In this document: positions 25,149 through 39,715 of the stretch, in pieces
How positions within the stretch are numbered: position 1 is the stretch's first letter
Layout of the letters: every line of letters begins with the position of its first letter
Source: Paecilomyces variotii
Taxonomy: Eukaryota
NCBI GenBank assembly: GCA_004022145.1
Contig: RCNU01000001.1
Reading direction: 5' to 3' (one strand)
DNA length: 64,000 nucleotides
Position numbers and translations under genes: made by a program
Notes under the pieces: model-generated
Databases searched by the model: none
Seen by the model: only the letters and a program-made list of their open reading frames with translations
What the model was told of the DNA's origin: nothing

Positions 25149-28100
25149 TGTAGTAGGAGAAAACAGTAGGGAGGTTTTAAAGATATAATTAAGTTAGTAA
25201 GTCACGTGCTATTATTAGAAGAGGTAGCTTAAATATTTCTAATAAGGTATAAGGGGAGAAAGGGCATTAAGCAATTAATTAGTTAGTTAATATAGAATAG
25301 AATAAATAATCCCCTCTTAGTTATATTTTAGTATTAGTTTAGTATTAAAGCAGCTTCTCTTTTATTATACTACCTTATTCTCTAAGCTTCTTTTCTAGCT
25401 CTATTTTAGGGCCTAAAGATTTAAGCTATCTTTTCTTTCTTTTATATCCTTATATTCTAAGACTTATTACTAAGTCTTAATACTCTTTCCTATAATAAAT
25501 TAGAGCTAAATATAAGGAATATTAAAATATTAAGTAGAAATAAAAAAGAAAAGAAAACTAAAAGCTAAGGTTAAGATAAAAGCTAAAAAAAGAGGTAAAA
25601 AGTAGTAAAAAAATAAGTAAGATAACTAAAGGAGATTATTATTATAAATAAAAAAAAATAAATATACCTTATAGATTAGCAGAGACAATAAATATAATAT
25701 AAAATAAAAATATATACTAATAATAAAAGAAAGGAAAAACTGCTAAATATAAGAAAGAACTTAATAAATATAAAAAGAAAGCAGAAATTTAGAAAAAATA
25801 AAAAATTATTAAACAAGAATTATTTATTAAAAAGTAAAAGAACTTCTTATTATTATCTTTATTACTATTCCTTTAAAAAAATATAGAAAAAAGCACTAAT
25901 CTTTTTAATATTAGTTAAGATAAAAGGACTTTTAGCTTTTTAATATTACTAGGTCTAAAGATATAAATAACTTAAGTATTTAAAAATATAGGACTATTAA
26001 TAGTATAACTAATCTAGGTTATATTAGCTCTATAAATATTAATGCCTAAGAATCTTAAGGCACCTTATTTTAAAGAGGATAATATTATTTATTACCTAAG
26101 GCTTTTTAAAAGGCTATATAAGGCAAATTAACTCCTAGAAGAGGAAAAAACTAAATAGTTTATAAATTATTACAGCCTATTAATATTATTATAAATAAAT
26201 ACTTAATTTAAATATAAAAAAAAAAACTATCTAAAACTAATAGAAGCAATTAAATAAGAATATATTTACTATAATAAGCACTAAAAAAAATATAATATCT
26301 AATAGCTAAAAAGGTTTAAAAATATAAAATATAATAGCTTTAAAGATCTAAAAAAATATAATTAAGAATATTAAGCTATATTAAAAGCGCTAGTAACTTT
26401 AAATAAATTAAGCTAATACTTACAGGGAGTTTAATATCTTTAAGAACTTTTAAAGAAGCTTAAGCAATAAATAGTTTAAGAGTTAAATATAAACTATTAT
26501 ACTTTATCTATTATTAAATATATTAATTTCTATAAGGAAATAGCAGATAAAATAAAAATAATTAAAACCCTTTATTACCTTAATAACAGAGAATTAAAAA
26601 AAGATTAAAATATAATAACTTTAAAAGAGAAGATAACTAAAAAAAATAATACGCAATTTTTTATTAAACTTAATAGAACTTACCTAAATAAGAATAAGAG
26701 TAGAACTAAATAATAAAGCACTAAAATAAAGTTAATAAAGTAATTATAAATTAATTAGTTAATAAAAGAGTTTAAAAAGTTAAAATTATATAATATATAA
26801 TATATAGGAAGGCCTAATAATAATATGCTTAATATTAGCATAAATATATAAGCTAGGGTATCTTTAAAATTTAACCTAGCTAAAGAATTAGAAATATTTC
26901 TAAACTTATATAACTTCTACTAGGCTTCTAATTATATTTAATTTTATTACCTAAATTTAAAGAGTCTTTTAAATTAGAAATTTATCTATTAGAGAAAAAA
27001 TTATAAACTTTATTTTAGACTAAAAAAATAGAATAAAGAAGTTATTTATCTTATATAGGGAAATATATTATAAAAAAAAATTGTTAAGCAAAGATTAAAA
27101 GAAAAGTAAAGGAATATTAGCTTAATTAGATATAATATCCAGTTAATTATGCTAGGGCAACCTAAGGATAACTTAAGCTTAGAGGAAGAAGCAGAAGATA
27201 TTATAAAAAATTATTACTTTATTAATATAATAAAATTAAATAAATCTTAAAGAGTAAAAAAAAGATAAAGCGGGACTAAATAATTATATAAAGAAAAACT
27301 ATAGAAAGCAATTAAAAGGGAGTAAAAATTTCTCTTAATTAAGATAAACTAATTTAGTAATTATTAGCCTCTAAATATAATAGAAAAAATAAAGATAATT
27401 AAAAAAAAAATAAAGAATATACCTAAATAAAATAAGGGTAAAAAGGCTGTTAAAATAAAAGAGAAATAGAAATTAAAGAGATTTAAGGTTATAAATAAGT
27501 TAAAAGGGACTATTAATATAATAGGAGTTATAAACTAAATATTAAATACTAGAGTTTAGATATTAATCTAAGATCTTATTAGTCTATCTCCTAATCTATA
27601 TAAGGCCTTATTTATATTATAACCGCAATAAATAATAATAAAAGCAGTCTTTTATAATATTAAAAGAATATAATTTAATATCTTTATATTAAATATAGAG
27701 TATATAGTAAATAGTATAGATTAATATACTTATATATCCTTATAATTTAAGCCTCTTAATAAAGATAAGGTACTATATATAGCTATAACTCTAAAGTTAC
27801 TAATTTAAATTAATAATTATAAGAAGGCTTAAAATATTATAATAGATAGTAGAGCTAAAATTAATATAATATATAAAAATATAGTAAATTACTATAAGCT
27901 TATTATAAGCTAGAAATTTAAAGGTAATATAATATTAGTAGATAATAGCCAAACCCCTTTTATAAGTCTCTATAAAAAGATACTTATATAGATAGGATCT
28001 TTTTATTATAAAGTTCCTTTCTTTATAATAAATAATAAGATTAACTATAATTATATCTTAGGATATCCTTTTAAATATTAAGCATATTTATAATATATTG

Positions 28101-31100
28101 CTCTATCAGATAAAATAGTAAAAAACATAATTTATTTTATAAACTAGAAGAATTAGGCAGTAATATAGGTATTTTTAATAAATAACTTAAAAAATAAGTT
28201 AAGAGAAAAAGTATTATGTAATTTATTATCTTAGGTATAAAAATTATTAAACTAAAACTAAAAAAAAATAATAGATATTAGACTAAAAATAGAAAAGGCT
28301 TATAAAAGCTATATTTAATAAATAATATTAGCTTTAAAGTAAGTAAGGAAATTAAAAATAAAGGAATAAGGATATTTAAACCTACTGCATTAAATAAAGG
28401 AGTTAAAAAGTTATAAAGATATAGACTATCTAAAAGGTATAACTTTTTTATTATAAAAATAAAATATTTTATTAATATATAGTATAAGAAGAAATATAAA
28501 AAGAGTTATTTAATAAATATATTAAACAGACCTACTACAGTTTTAAGAGAGCTATTAAAATAAAAAGAAGTTATTAGGAAACGCTATTATAAAAACCCCT
28601 AAAAAAATATAAAAAAAATATATAAAGGATTTACTAAATATATCTAGCTAAAGATATTAAATATTAAAAGAGGAATAAGACTAATACTAGACTGTCTGAA
28701 AAACCTTATTATAGGAGATAATCTATAGCTAAAGAAGAAAGAATTATTAATAAAGATATTTTTTACCTAAGAAATAGCCCTTATCTAGACCTTTAAAGAA
28801 ATTAAATAAATATGCCTAGAAGTTATACCTCTAATTATTATTTAGACTATAGATTATAAATTATAGCAAGCAAAGAGCTTCTTAATATTAAAAGTACTTT
28901 ATAGTATAATATAAGAAATAGTAAAAAAGAGGATAAATATAAGAATTCTTAAATATAATTAAGGATTCTACTAAAATCTATAATTCTTAATAAAAAAAAA
29001 GCAATAAATATTAGCTAATTAATATAGCTATAGAAGTTAATTAAATAATAATATAAAATATTAATCTGCCCTCTTTAGCTAATAAGTTCTTAAAAGAGTT
29101 TAATAAAATACTAGTATTAATACTTATAGACTTATTCTCTAGATATAATTAATTAGAATTAGCTAAGGAATTGCGGGATTTAATAACTTTCTATATGCTA
29201 AAGATTAGTTTAGTTTATTAAGCTAAATTATTTTAAAAATAGATAAATATAATATAAAAGTTTATATAAGGGGTTATAAAAGTACTAGCAGATAATATTC
29301 CTAATATTTATAATATATTTTTAAATAATACGCTAATATAAGGACCTAAAACTAATTATAAGGAAGAAGAGACACTACTAAGAATTAAAAGGTTTATATT
29401 TAAATATATTTAGAATATTGATAAGATACTATATAATCTTAAACTTATAGATTTAATAATTATTAGGGAGAAATTATAATTTATAATACTAAAAATTAAA
29501 ATAATAGGCTATATATATAATACTAAGGGGAGATATCTTAAGTTAGCTAAGATAATTAAGATTTTAAAATAATTACCTTATTAGAACTTATAAAAAGTAA
29601 GGGGATTTTTAAGGATTATAGCCTATTACCGAATATAGATTAAAAAATATATTATTAAGGCCGAATTAATATATTTAATACTAAGGAAGAGATAAGACTT
29701 CTTTTAAAGGCTAGAATAATAAGAAGTAATAAATATCTTAAAAATAGCCTTAATAATAGTACTAATACTTAAGCCAATTAATTATAGAGAGGGAGGTATA
29801 ATTATTATTAATATTAATACTAATAGCAATAAATAAGAGGCATAATTTATTTAAGAAAAGAAGGAGTCTAATAAAAAATATCTAGCTAAATATAAAAGTA
29901 GAATATAGATATAAGTAGAGAGATAATATAATAAAAAAAAACTAGAATATAGGGTAATACTAAAAGCTCTTTATAAATTCTAAGTATACCTATATAGTAT
30001 ATATTTTTAACTAGAAATAGATATAAAAACTTTAATAATATAATTAAATAAAATAGCTATAGACTTCTTTAAGTTAATAATTACTTAATAAATTGCTTAG
30101 ATTTAGCTATTTAATTTTAATATTATCTATATATTAGGGAAAAAGAACTTAGTTATAAATAGATTATCTTAAAAGCTAATAATAAAATAAAATCTAAAAG
30201 AGGCAGAAGATAATAATATAGAAGAATTCTTAAACCTATAGTTTTATATAATCTATTATATTAATATATAAAAAGTAGAATTAAATAGTATCTCTTAATT
30301 AACGCCTATATTATATTAGTTAAAAAAATTTTTATTAATTGCGGAATAATTATAAATTATAATAAAACTAGATAATATAGACTAGGGATAATATGCTAAG
30401 TTTAAGAAAAAGGCTGTAAAATATATAGTATAAGATAGTATCTTTTTCTAAAAAGTATAATAGAATTAGCCTTATTAAATAATTATTAATAATAAAGAAA
30501 AGTAAAAAAAGATCCTTACTGCCTTTTATAAAGAATATAGATATTAGAAATATAAAATAATATATAGGAAAGTAGTTAATTAATATTAATAAAAAGGCCT
30601 GTATAAATATATTGCTAGATAAATAAAGATATATAATAAATGCTAGAAAGCTAATAAAGAATATATAAAAAAAGCTTTATAGTTAATATTTATTTTATTA
30701 GGGAGATTAAAACTATATTTAAATATTTATAAGATTATACTGCTTAGTAAAGGAAAGATTTATATTATTATATTTTAAGATAACTTTAGCTAGATTAAAT
30801 ATAAAGCATTTAATAGCCTTATTTTAAGAGCTATTACTAAGTTTTTATAAAAAAATTAAATTTATTACTAGGGAGTAATAGAGACTCTTATTAATAATAA
30901 AAGACTAAAAAATAAAGCCGCAGTTAATATATTAATATAGAAGTATAAGATTAACTATATTAAAGTCTTATTATATAATCTATAAGTAAATAAAGCAGTT
31001 AAAGTTATATATAAATCCTTTATATATAATATTAAGAAACTTATAAAAAGAATAAAAATAAATTAGGTAAACTATTTACTAGCTATAATCTAGGCAGATA

Positions 31101-34100
31101 AGAATATAGTTAAGACCTTTATTAATTTAATACTATTTAGAGCAATTATAAGATATAATACAGTATTACTAATTAAACTAAAAATACTTACCTAAAAAAT
31201 ATTAATATAGGATAAAGTTAAAATTATAAAAGACCTTCTCCTTCTTTATATAAGATAAATAGAACTTAGAGATTAGGATATAAAAGAAGTACAGCTTTAT
31301 ATCTAATATATAAAGGAAGCTAATAAGGAAGCCTTTAATAATAAAAAGCAACTTTATAAAAAGTAACTAATTAAAAGATAACTTATTTTACTTTATAATA
31401 TAAAGTTTAAGATATCTTATTCTATTAAACTAGCATATTGCTAGCTTAAACTATATTAAATTAAGGAAGTCCTTTAAAAAAGTTCCTATAAGCTTAAAGA
31501 ATTAAATAATATAGCTTTTTAAAATCTAATCTATAGAAATTACTTAAAAAGCTATTATTTATAAGGTAATTAAAAAGATATACTAGCAGTAAATAATAAT
31601 ATAAAACCTAAGCAAAAAAATTAACAAATAAATAATAGTAAAAATAATATAGACTAAATATTACCTAGATTAATATATATAGTTATAGTCCTAGTACCCT
31701 CCTTTTAAAAATATTAACTTAAAAGAAGGGGAAATAAAAGGCTAGTAATAAAATAAATTTAATATTAAATAAGAGTTTAGCTTAAGGTAAAAGAAAGCAA
31801 ATAAATTAAAGATAAAAATGCTTAAATTTTTAGAGAAGAGAAAAGACTTAAAGATAAGTAAAATAAAAGAGCATATATATATTATTAAAAGAATAAGGCC
31901 AGACTCTTTTAATTACTAAAAAAGGAAAATATTAAATAAAGAATATAAAATAATAATAAAAAAATCTTACTTTATATTAAGAACCTTATTTCTTTATTTA
32001 TAAATATTATTAGAAAACTTAAGTTTAATTATTTTATACCCCCTTTTTACACTAAATATTATTAGACTAAAACTGCTATATAATCCTGCTAAGCTAAAAT
32101 AAAAAAAAATATATTTTAAATTTAAAATATTATCCTGTAGAAATAGTTATTAAAGTTTAATATAAATATTTATATAACTGCAAAAGAGATTTATAATTTT
32201 ATAAAGAGAGTAATTACTGCAATAAAAAATAGACTAAAAAAGATTAGATTTATAGCTAAAATAGCAGCTATTATTATAAAGTTTTAGATTAAATAGAATA
32301 AGATTGCAGCAAACTATTATAAGTTCTTAAAATAATAAAAGCTTTTAGAAAAAACTTAAGCTAAGGAGAAGAAAGTTATTAAAGAACTTAAAGAATTAAT
32401 AAAGAGAGTAAGGGAGAATAAGAATTATATAAATAAGGGATATATAATAGTAATAAAAGTATAGGGAAAATAAATAATTAGCTAGCTAATAATATAAGCT
32501 AAGAAAACCTATTAAATCTTAATAGTATTAAAGGAAATTATAAAATAAATTAAAGAGTAAAGAGTAGTAGCTATTTACTTAATATAAGCTTAAATAGATA
32601 GATTATTAAATATTAGAAAGCCTAATATATAGCTAAAAAGAAACTTACTATTAATAGATATTAAAAGAATAAGAGACCTTTTAAAAAGAATAACTAATAG
32701 AAATAAATAATTTCTATTTAAAGTAATAAAAATAGAGCTTTAATTAATTAATATATAAATTGGAGAGGACTTCTTTTTAAAGGAGATTTTAAAATATAAA
32801 GCAAAGAGGATAATTAAAGACCTAGAAAAGAGCTTATTAATTAACCTTATTATTAGTAATAAGAAAGATAATAAGATAGAAAAAGAAAAAAAGAGTAAAA
32901 AAAAAATAAAAAGCCCTAAGAAATCTAAAGGCAAGAAGAAGATTAAGATATAAGAAAAGGGGAAGTAAATAAAGGAAGAATACAATTATAGGACTAAAAT
33001 ATTAGAATTGCTTAAAAGGGCGCTCCTTAACTAAAAAGGTAAAGAAGTATTAAAACTTCTAAAAAAAGAAAGGATTAAAACTATTGCTATATATTAAGTT
33101 TATATTAAAAAAATATAAAGCATAATAGAACTAAGGAGTATAAAAAATATTATCCTTAGAGAAAGATTAAAAATGCTTATAAATAGTAATAATAACCTTA
33201 AATACTAGAATATTAATGCGAATTACTAGAAATAGTTTTAAGGGGGATAAAAATTTAATATTAATTTTAAAGATTATTGCTGCCTAGATAAGGAGAAAAC
33301 TAAAGTATAGTCTTAGCTAAGTAGACTAAATATAAGTACTAAAAAGGTTAGAGAAGTCTTGTAATAGGTTAATTCTGGGAAGATTAATTTAATTTATAAG
33401 CTATATATATAATTATTAGCTAATATAATTAGTATAAGGGAAAATATATCTATAAAAGAAGCCAGAGGAGTATTAAAAATAGTTAGAAATATAAAGTTAG
33501 CAGTAATAAAGCAATAAAAAAAGAGACTATTTAAAATAATAACCTATCCTTATAGAAGTTTATTTAAAGAAACTAAATAGTCTATAAGTAAAACCTTTAA
33601 AAATAAATAGATAATAGAACCTCCTAGTAAAGCCTTAAGAATTAATATAAAGCCCTTCTTTTCTATAATAAACCTAGAAGACCCTTTTATTAAAAAAGAA
33701 ACTAGGCACTTAAAAAATATATTAGAGATATTATTAGAAGAGCGGCCGCAGAACTTTTTAAATAATACTAAATTTAAATAAGCGCCTCTAGTAATTTAAA
33801 TTAATAAACTAAAAAATAAAAAAAGTCTTATAAAGCCCTTTTTTTCTATAATAAACCTAAAAGACTCTTTTATTAAAAAAAAAACCAGGCACTTAAAAGA
33901 TATGCAGAATGCTAGAACTATATAATTTAAAGATAATTTAAAGATTAAATAAACACTAGGCATACTTAGCAATAGCTAGGTTAAAAGAAAAATAAAGAAT
34001 CTTATTCTAAGAAGTCCTAAAAGTATAAAAGATAGAAATAATATAAAAATTAAAGAAACCTTATTTAAAAACTTTCTCCCTAAGAAATCTTTAGTATTAG

Positions 34101-35516
34101 GGATAGTTTAACTGTTTAGAGATCTTAGATTAATTAATATAGATATTTCTAGTAATATACCTAGCAGCTTATATTATAAAGCTTAAAATAATTTATATAG
34201 GGCTAAAAAATATCTTAAATCTAAATATAGGGATAAAAAATAGTTTAACCTAAATAAAGAAGATTTTACTCTAAATAAGATATAGGATTAATATATCTAA
34301 TTAAGTATTATAATAAGAGAGGACTTTAACTATTAAGAAGAGAATAAGATTTTTTAAATTATACCTTTTAAAGAGAAAATAGTAGAAAGAATATTATAAT
34401 ATATTATTATAGAAATAAAAACAGCCCTTTATTATAAAAAGAAGAATAAAGGATTAATAAGGCTTAAAAACTTATCTTAGAATATTCTCTAGAAGGTTAT
34501 TATATAAAATATCTAGGTCTATTTAATCTAATTAGTATTATATAGTTATAGTAAATATAGATTATAAATTTAATATTTTAAGGAATATAAGCTAAGAGTA
34601 TTAAATATAAAGACTGCGAACCCTAAAGGAGAAATAAATTAAGGCTTTATAACCCTAGGGACTAAATTAATTGCCAGAGATAAGTCTAAGGAAATTATAA
34701 GCTTAAGAAATATTATATTTAAGTAGGGAGAAGTAACCTTTATTAATAATCTATATTAGTTAATACTAAAAAATTAGAGAATAAATCTTAATAATATCTG
34801 TTATTTTAATTATAGGGAATAAGATAAGATAAGATTTAACTAAGGAAGATCTAAGCCTTTTAATATTTAGGTAAATAGAATTATAGCTATAGGTAAAGTA
34901 ATACTTAATTAGCTAAATTAAGATTATTTAAAAATTAAAGCAGAGCTATACTTTATACTAAAATAAGATATATTATTAGTCTAAGATTATCTGTAGAAGA
35001 AAGAAACTTAGCTTTATAAGTTAAAGGTTTTAAAATATATATAATATTAGAAACTAGAATATTCCTGTTTTAAAAATAATTTATAATATTAAAAAAAGAA
35101 GATAGCATAGATTATAATAACTAAAAAAGATAAATAGGGGTATCTATATATAGAGAAGGGGAGGCTATATAATAAGAAGAAATAGTAGAGAGGTTTTAAA
35201 GATATAATTATATTAGTAAATTATATATTAATATTAGAAGAGGTAGCTTAAATATTTTTAATAAGGTGTAAGGGAAGGAAGGGTATTAAGCAATTAATCA
35301 GTTAGTTAATATAGAATAAAATAAGCAATCTCCTTTTAGTTATATTTTAGTATTAGCTTAATATTAAAGCAGCCTCTCTTTTATTATACTACCTTATTCT
35401 CTAAGCTTCTTTTCTAGCTCTATTTTAGAGCCCGAAGACCTAAGCTATTCTTCTCTTTCTCTATATCCTTATGCTCTAAGACTTACTGCTAAGTCTTAAT
35501 ACCCTTTCCTGCAATA
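25149..35516 (+). mobile_element. Family B copy B3, full length (10.4 kb): LTRs 25149-25497 and 35168-35516
   Basis: 349-bp LTRs (TGTAGT...TGCAATA) sharing an 8-bp insertion. 4-bp TSD TTAT/CTAT (25145-25148, 35517-35520). PPT gagaaggggagg before the 3' LTR. Confidence 0.92.
26200..31570 (+). pseudogene. gag-pol relic of B3 (PR-RT-RH-IN order, no chromodomain seen); start approximate
   Basis: De-RIPped motifs: IDSGAEIN (~27842), FLDD (~29318), RNaseH DAS-like (~29812), integrase C-terminal W.GPY.I.EVL..GSYKL.ELDG...GNRLK (~31441-31560). Confidence 0.75.
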
Positions 35517-38500
35517 CTATCTTTCTTTTTTAACTCTAATTTAATAACTTTTATATCTTTAATAAAAGATCTTATAAAACTTCTTCTCTTAACTTATTTT
35601 TTAGATTATTTATTAAAAATACCTAAATAATAGCCTAATTCTTCTAGTCTATAAAATAAATTATACTCTCTACTATCTTATTTAATAGAGTAATATACTG
35701 TAAATATATTTAATATTTAAAAGAATATCCTAAGATATAATTATAATTAATCTTATTATTTACTATAAAGAAAGGAACTTTATAATAAAAAGATCCTATT
35801 TATATAAGTATCTCTTTATAAAGACTTATAAAAGGGGTCTAGCTACTATCTACTAATATTATATTACTTTTAAATTTCTAGCTTATAATAAGCTTATAAT
35901 AATTTATTATATCTCTATATATTATATTAATTTTAGCTTTATTATTTATTATAATATTTTAAGCCTCCTTATAATTATTAATTTAAATTAGTAACTTTAG
36001 AGTTATAGCTGTATATAGCACCTTATCTTTATTAAAAGGCTTAAATTATAAAAATATATAAATATATTAATCTATACTATTTACTATATACTCTATATTT
36101 AATATAAAGATATTAAACTATATTCTTTTAATATTATAGAAGACTGCTTTTATTATTACTTGCTATAGTTATAATATAAACAGGGCCTTATATAGACTAA
36201 GAGATAGACTAATAAGGTCCTAGATTAATATTTAAACTCTAATATTTAATATCTAATTTATAACTCCTATTATATTAGTAGTCCCTTTTAGCTTATTTAT
36301 AACCTTAAATCTCTTTAATTTCTATCTCTTTTTTATCTTAATAATCTTTTTACCCTTACTCTATTTAAATATATTCTTTATTTTTTTTAACTATCCTTAC
36401 TTCTTTTATTATATTTAGAGGCTAATAATTGCTAAATTAGTTTATCTTAATTAAGGGAAATCTTTACTCCTTTTTAATTATTTTTTATAGTTTTTTTTAT
36501 ATAATTGCTTAGTCCTGCTTTATTTTTTTTTACTCTTTAAGATTTATTTAATCTTATTATATTAATAAAATAATAGTTTTCTATAATATCCCCTATTTTT
36601 TCTTTTAAGCTTAAATTATCTCTAGTTTACCCTAGTATAATTAACTAGATATTATATTTAATTAAGCTAATATTCTTTTATTCTTCTTTTAATCTCTATT
36701 TAATAATCTCCTTTTATAATATATTTCCCTATATAAAATAAATAACTTCTCTATTTTGTTTTTTTAGTCTAAAGTAAAGTTTATAATTTTTTTCTTAATA
36801 AATAAGTTTTTAATTTAAAAGACTCTTTAAGTTTAAATAATAAGATTAGATATAATTAGGAGCTTAATAAAAGTTATATAAGTTTAGAGATATTTCTAAT
36901 CCTCTAGCTAGGTTAAATTCTAAAAGTACCTTAGCTTATATATTTATACCAGCATTAGGTATATTATTATTAGGCCTCCCTATATATTATATACTATATA
37001 GTTTTAACTTCTTAAATTCTTTTATTAACTAATTAATTTATAATTATTCTATTAATTTTATTTCTATACTCTATTATTTAATTCTACTCTTACTTTTATT
37101 AAGGTAAGTTCTATTAAATCTAATAAAAAATTATATATTATTTTCTTTAGTTGCCTTTTCCTTTATAAAGATTATTATATCTTAATCTTTCTCTAGTTTA
37201 TTATTATTAAGATAATAAAAGGTTTTAATAATTTTTACCTTATCTATTACCTCTTTATAAAAACTAAAATATTTAATAGTTAATAGAATATAGTAATTTA
37301 TATTTAGCTCTTAAACTATTTATTGCTTAAGTTTTTTTAAGAATCTTTAAAAATATTAAACTCCTTATAAATATTAGCTTAACTTACTTAAAGTTACTAA
37401 TATTTTTAATACTACTTAATATTCTTAATTATATTCCTTTAAGTTCTTAGAGCTATTATATTTTATATTTTTAAATCTTTTTAGCTATTAAATATTATAT
37501 TTCCTTTAATACTTATTATAATAAATATACTTTTATTTAATTACTTTTACTAGTTTTAAGTAGTTCTTTTTTTTATATTTAAGTTATATATTTATTTATA
37601 ATATTATTAATAGGCTATAATAGTCTGTAAACTATTTAATTTTCTTCTTTTTTAAAAGCTAATTTACCTTATATAGCCTTTTAAAAAGCCTCAGGTAATA
37701 AGTAATATTATCCCCTTTAAAATATAGTGCCCTTAAATTTCTAAGTATTAGCATTTATAGAGTTAATATAACTTAAATTAGTTATACTATTAATAGCCCT
37801 ATATTTTTAAATGCCTAAGCTATTTATATTTCTAGACCTAATAATATTAAGGAGTTAAAAGTCTTTTTATTTTAGCTAACGCTAAAAAGATTAGTACTCT
37901 TTTTTATATTTTTTTAAAAGAATAATAATAAAGATAATAATAAGAAGTTCTTTTACTTTTTAATAAATAGTTCTTATTTAATAATTTTTTATTTTTTTTA
38001 AATTTCTGCTTCTTTTTTATACCTGCTAAGTTCTTTTTTATATTTAATAATCTTTCTTTTCTTTTATTACTAGTGCGTGTTTTTATTTTATATTATATTT
38101 ATTATCTTTACTAATTTATAAAGTATATTTATCTCTTTTTATTTATAATAATAATCTCTTTTAGCTGTTTTACTTATCTTTTTACTATTTCTTATCTCTT
38201 TCTTTAGCTTTTGCCTTAACCTTAGCTTTTAGTTTTTTTTTTTTTCTTATTTTTATTTAATATTTTAATACTCTCTATATTTAGCTTTAATTTATTATAA
38301 AAAAGAGTATTAAAACTTAGTAGTAAGTCTTAGAGTATAAGAATATAAAGGAAGAGAAGAATAGCTTAGGTCTTTAGGCCCTAAAATAAAGCTAAAAAAG
38401 AAGCTTAAAAAATAAGGTAATATAGTAAAAAAGAGGCTGCTTTAATATTAAACTAATACTAAAATATAACTAAGAGGAAATTACTTATTCTATTCTATAT

Positions 38501-39560
38501 TAATTAATTAATTAATGCTCTTCCTCTCCTTATATCTTATTAGAAGTATTTAAGCTACCTCTTCTAATAATAGCATATAATTTACTAACTTAATTATATC
38601 CTTAAAACCTTTTTATTATTTCCCCTTACTATATAGCCTCTTTTTCTTTATATATAAATACCCCTATCTACCTTCCTTAGTTATTATAATTTATATTATC
38701 TCCTCTTTTTAATACTATAAATTATTCCTAAAGTAAGAACGCTCTAATTTCTAATATTATATATATCTTAAAACCCCTAATTTATAAAGCTAAATTCCTT
38801 TTCTCTATAAATAATCTTAAACTAATAATATATCTTGCTTTAGTATAAAGTATAGCTTTGCTTTAACTTCTAAATAATTTTAGTTTAGCTAATTAAGTAT
38901 TATTCTGCCTATAGCTATAATTTTATTTACTTAAATATTAAAAGGCCTAAATTCTCCTTAGTCAGATCTTATCTTATCTTATTCCCTGTAATTAAAACAG
39001 CAGATATTATTAAGATTTATTTCTTAATTCTCTAATACTAGCTAATATAAATTGCTAATAAAGGTTATTTCTCTTTATCTAAGTATAATATCTCTTAAGC
39101 TTATAGTTTTCTTAGTAATACGGTTTAACCCTAGCTTTGCCGGGTAGTAGGGTAGTAAAGTATAAGGCTCTAGAAGCGGGGTATCTTTATGTAAGTATAG
39201 TTTAAATATAGTCTTCTCCTCCTACTAGTAGGAGAAGGTTAGCTTTTTCTCTATCTTTAATCCTAATTTTATTAGGCTTAGGCTACTAAGATTATTTTAT
39301 TAGGGCTATCCCTATTAAATAATAGTATATCTAGGTTATTTAAGACTTTTATTATTATAATTCGAGATCTATATCTTTATTTATATAGGAATTTTTTTTA
39401 TAGGCTCTCTATATTAATTATTCCCCTTATCTCTATTCTTATTACCCCTCTATTAAATTATTATTATCTATTATCTTTAGACTGCTATATTAGCTTGCGT
39501 AAGTATTATTAGCTTCTCTATGCTATTATATTATTTTAAGCTAAGGGCTTAACTATAGCT

Positions 39561-39715
39561 TAACTAAGTCTATTATTTTTATTATTTCTATTATTAGTTT
39601 TACTAAGATTCTAACTAAGTCCTATTATTTTTATTATTTATATTATTAGTTTTACTAAAATCCCGACTAAGTCTATTATTTTCTTTATTTATATTATTAG
39701 TTTTACTATTATTAT
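39561..39715 (+). repeat. Three tandem ~52-bp repeats in the 5' internal region of C
   Basis: Unit taactaagtc(c)tattattttt..tattattagttttactaa starts at ~39561, ~39612 and ~39664. Confidence 0.8.

Larger units (their letters stand above)
18028..38633 (-). mobile_element. Family B copy B2: 3' LTR 18028-18368, internal region, 5' LTR 38293-38633; interrupted by B3
   Basis: Both LTRs are 341 bp reverse complements of the B LTR. Internal 18369-25148 plus 35521-38292 is the reverse complement of the B3 internal region. Confidence 0.9.

Noticed and set aside
32740-32985. 81-aa hydrophobic ORF on -
   Set aside because: Antisense reading of an A/G-rich stretch of B3; compositional artefact, not a membrane protein.
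39126-39133. TAACCCTA/TTAGGG telomere-like words
   Set aside because: Isolated single units within LTR or internal sequence; no tandem array.
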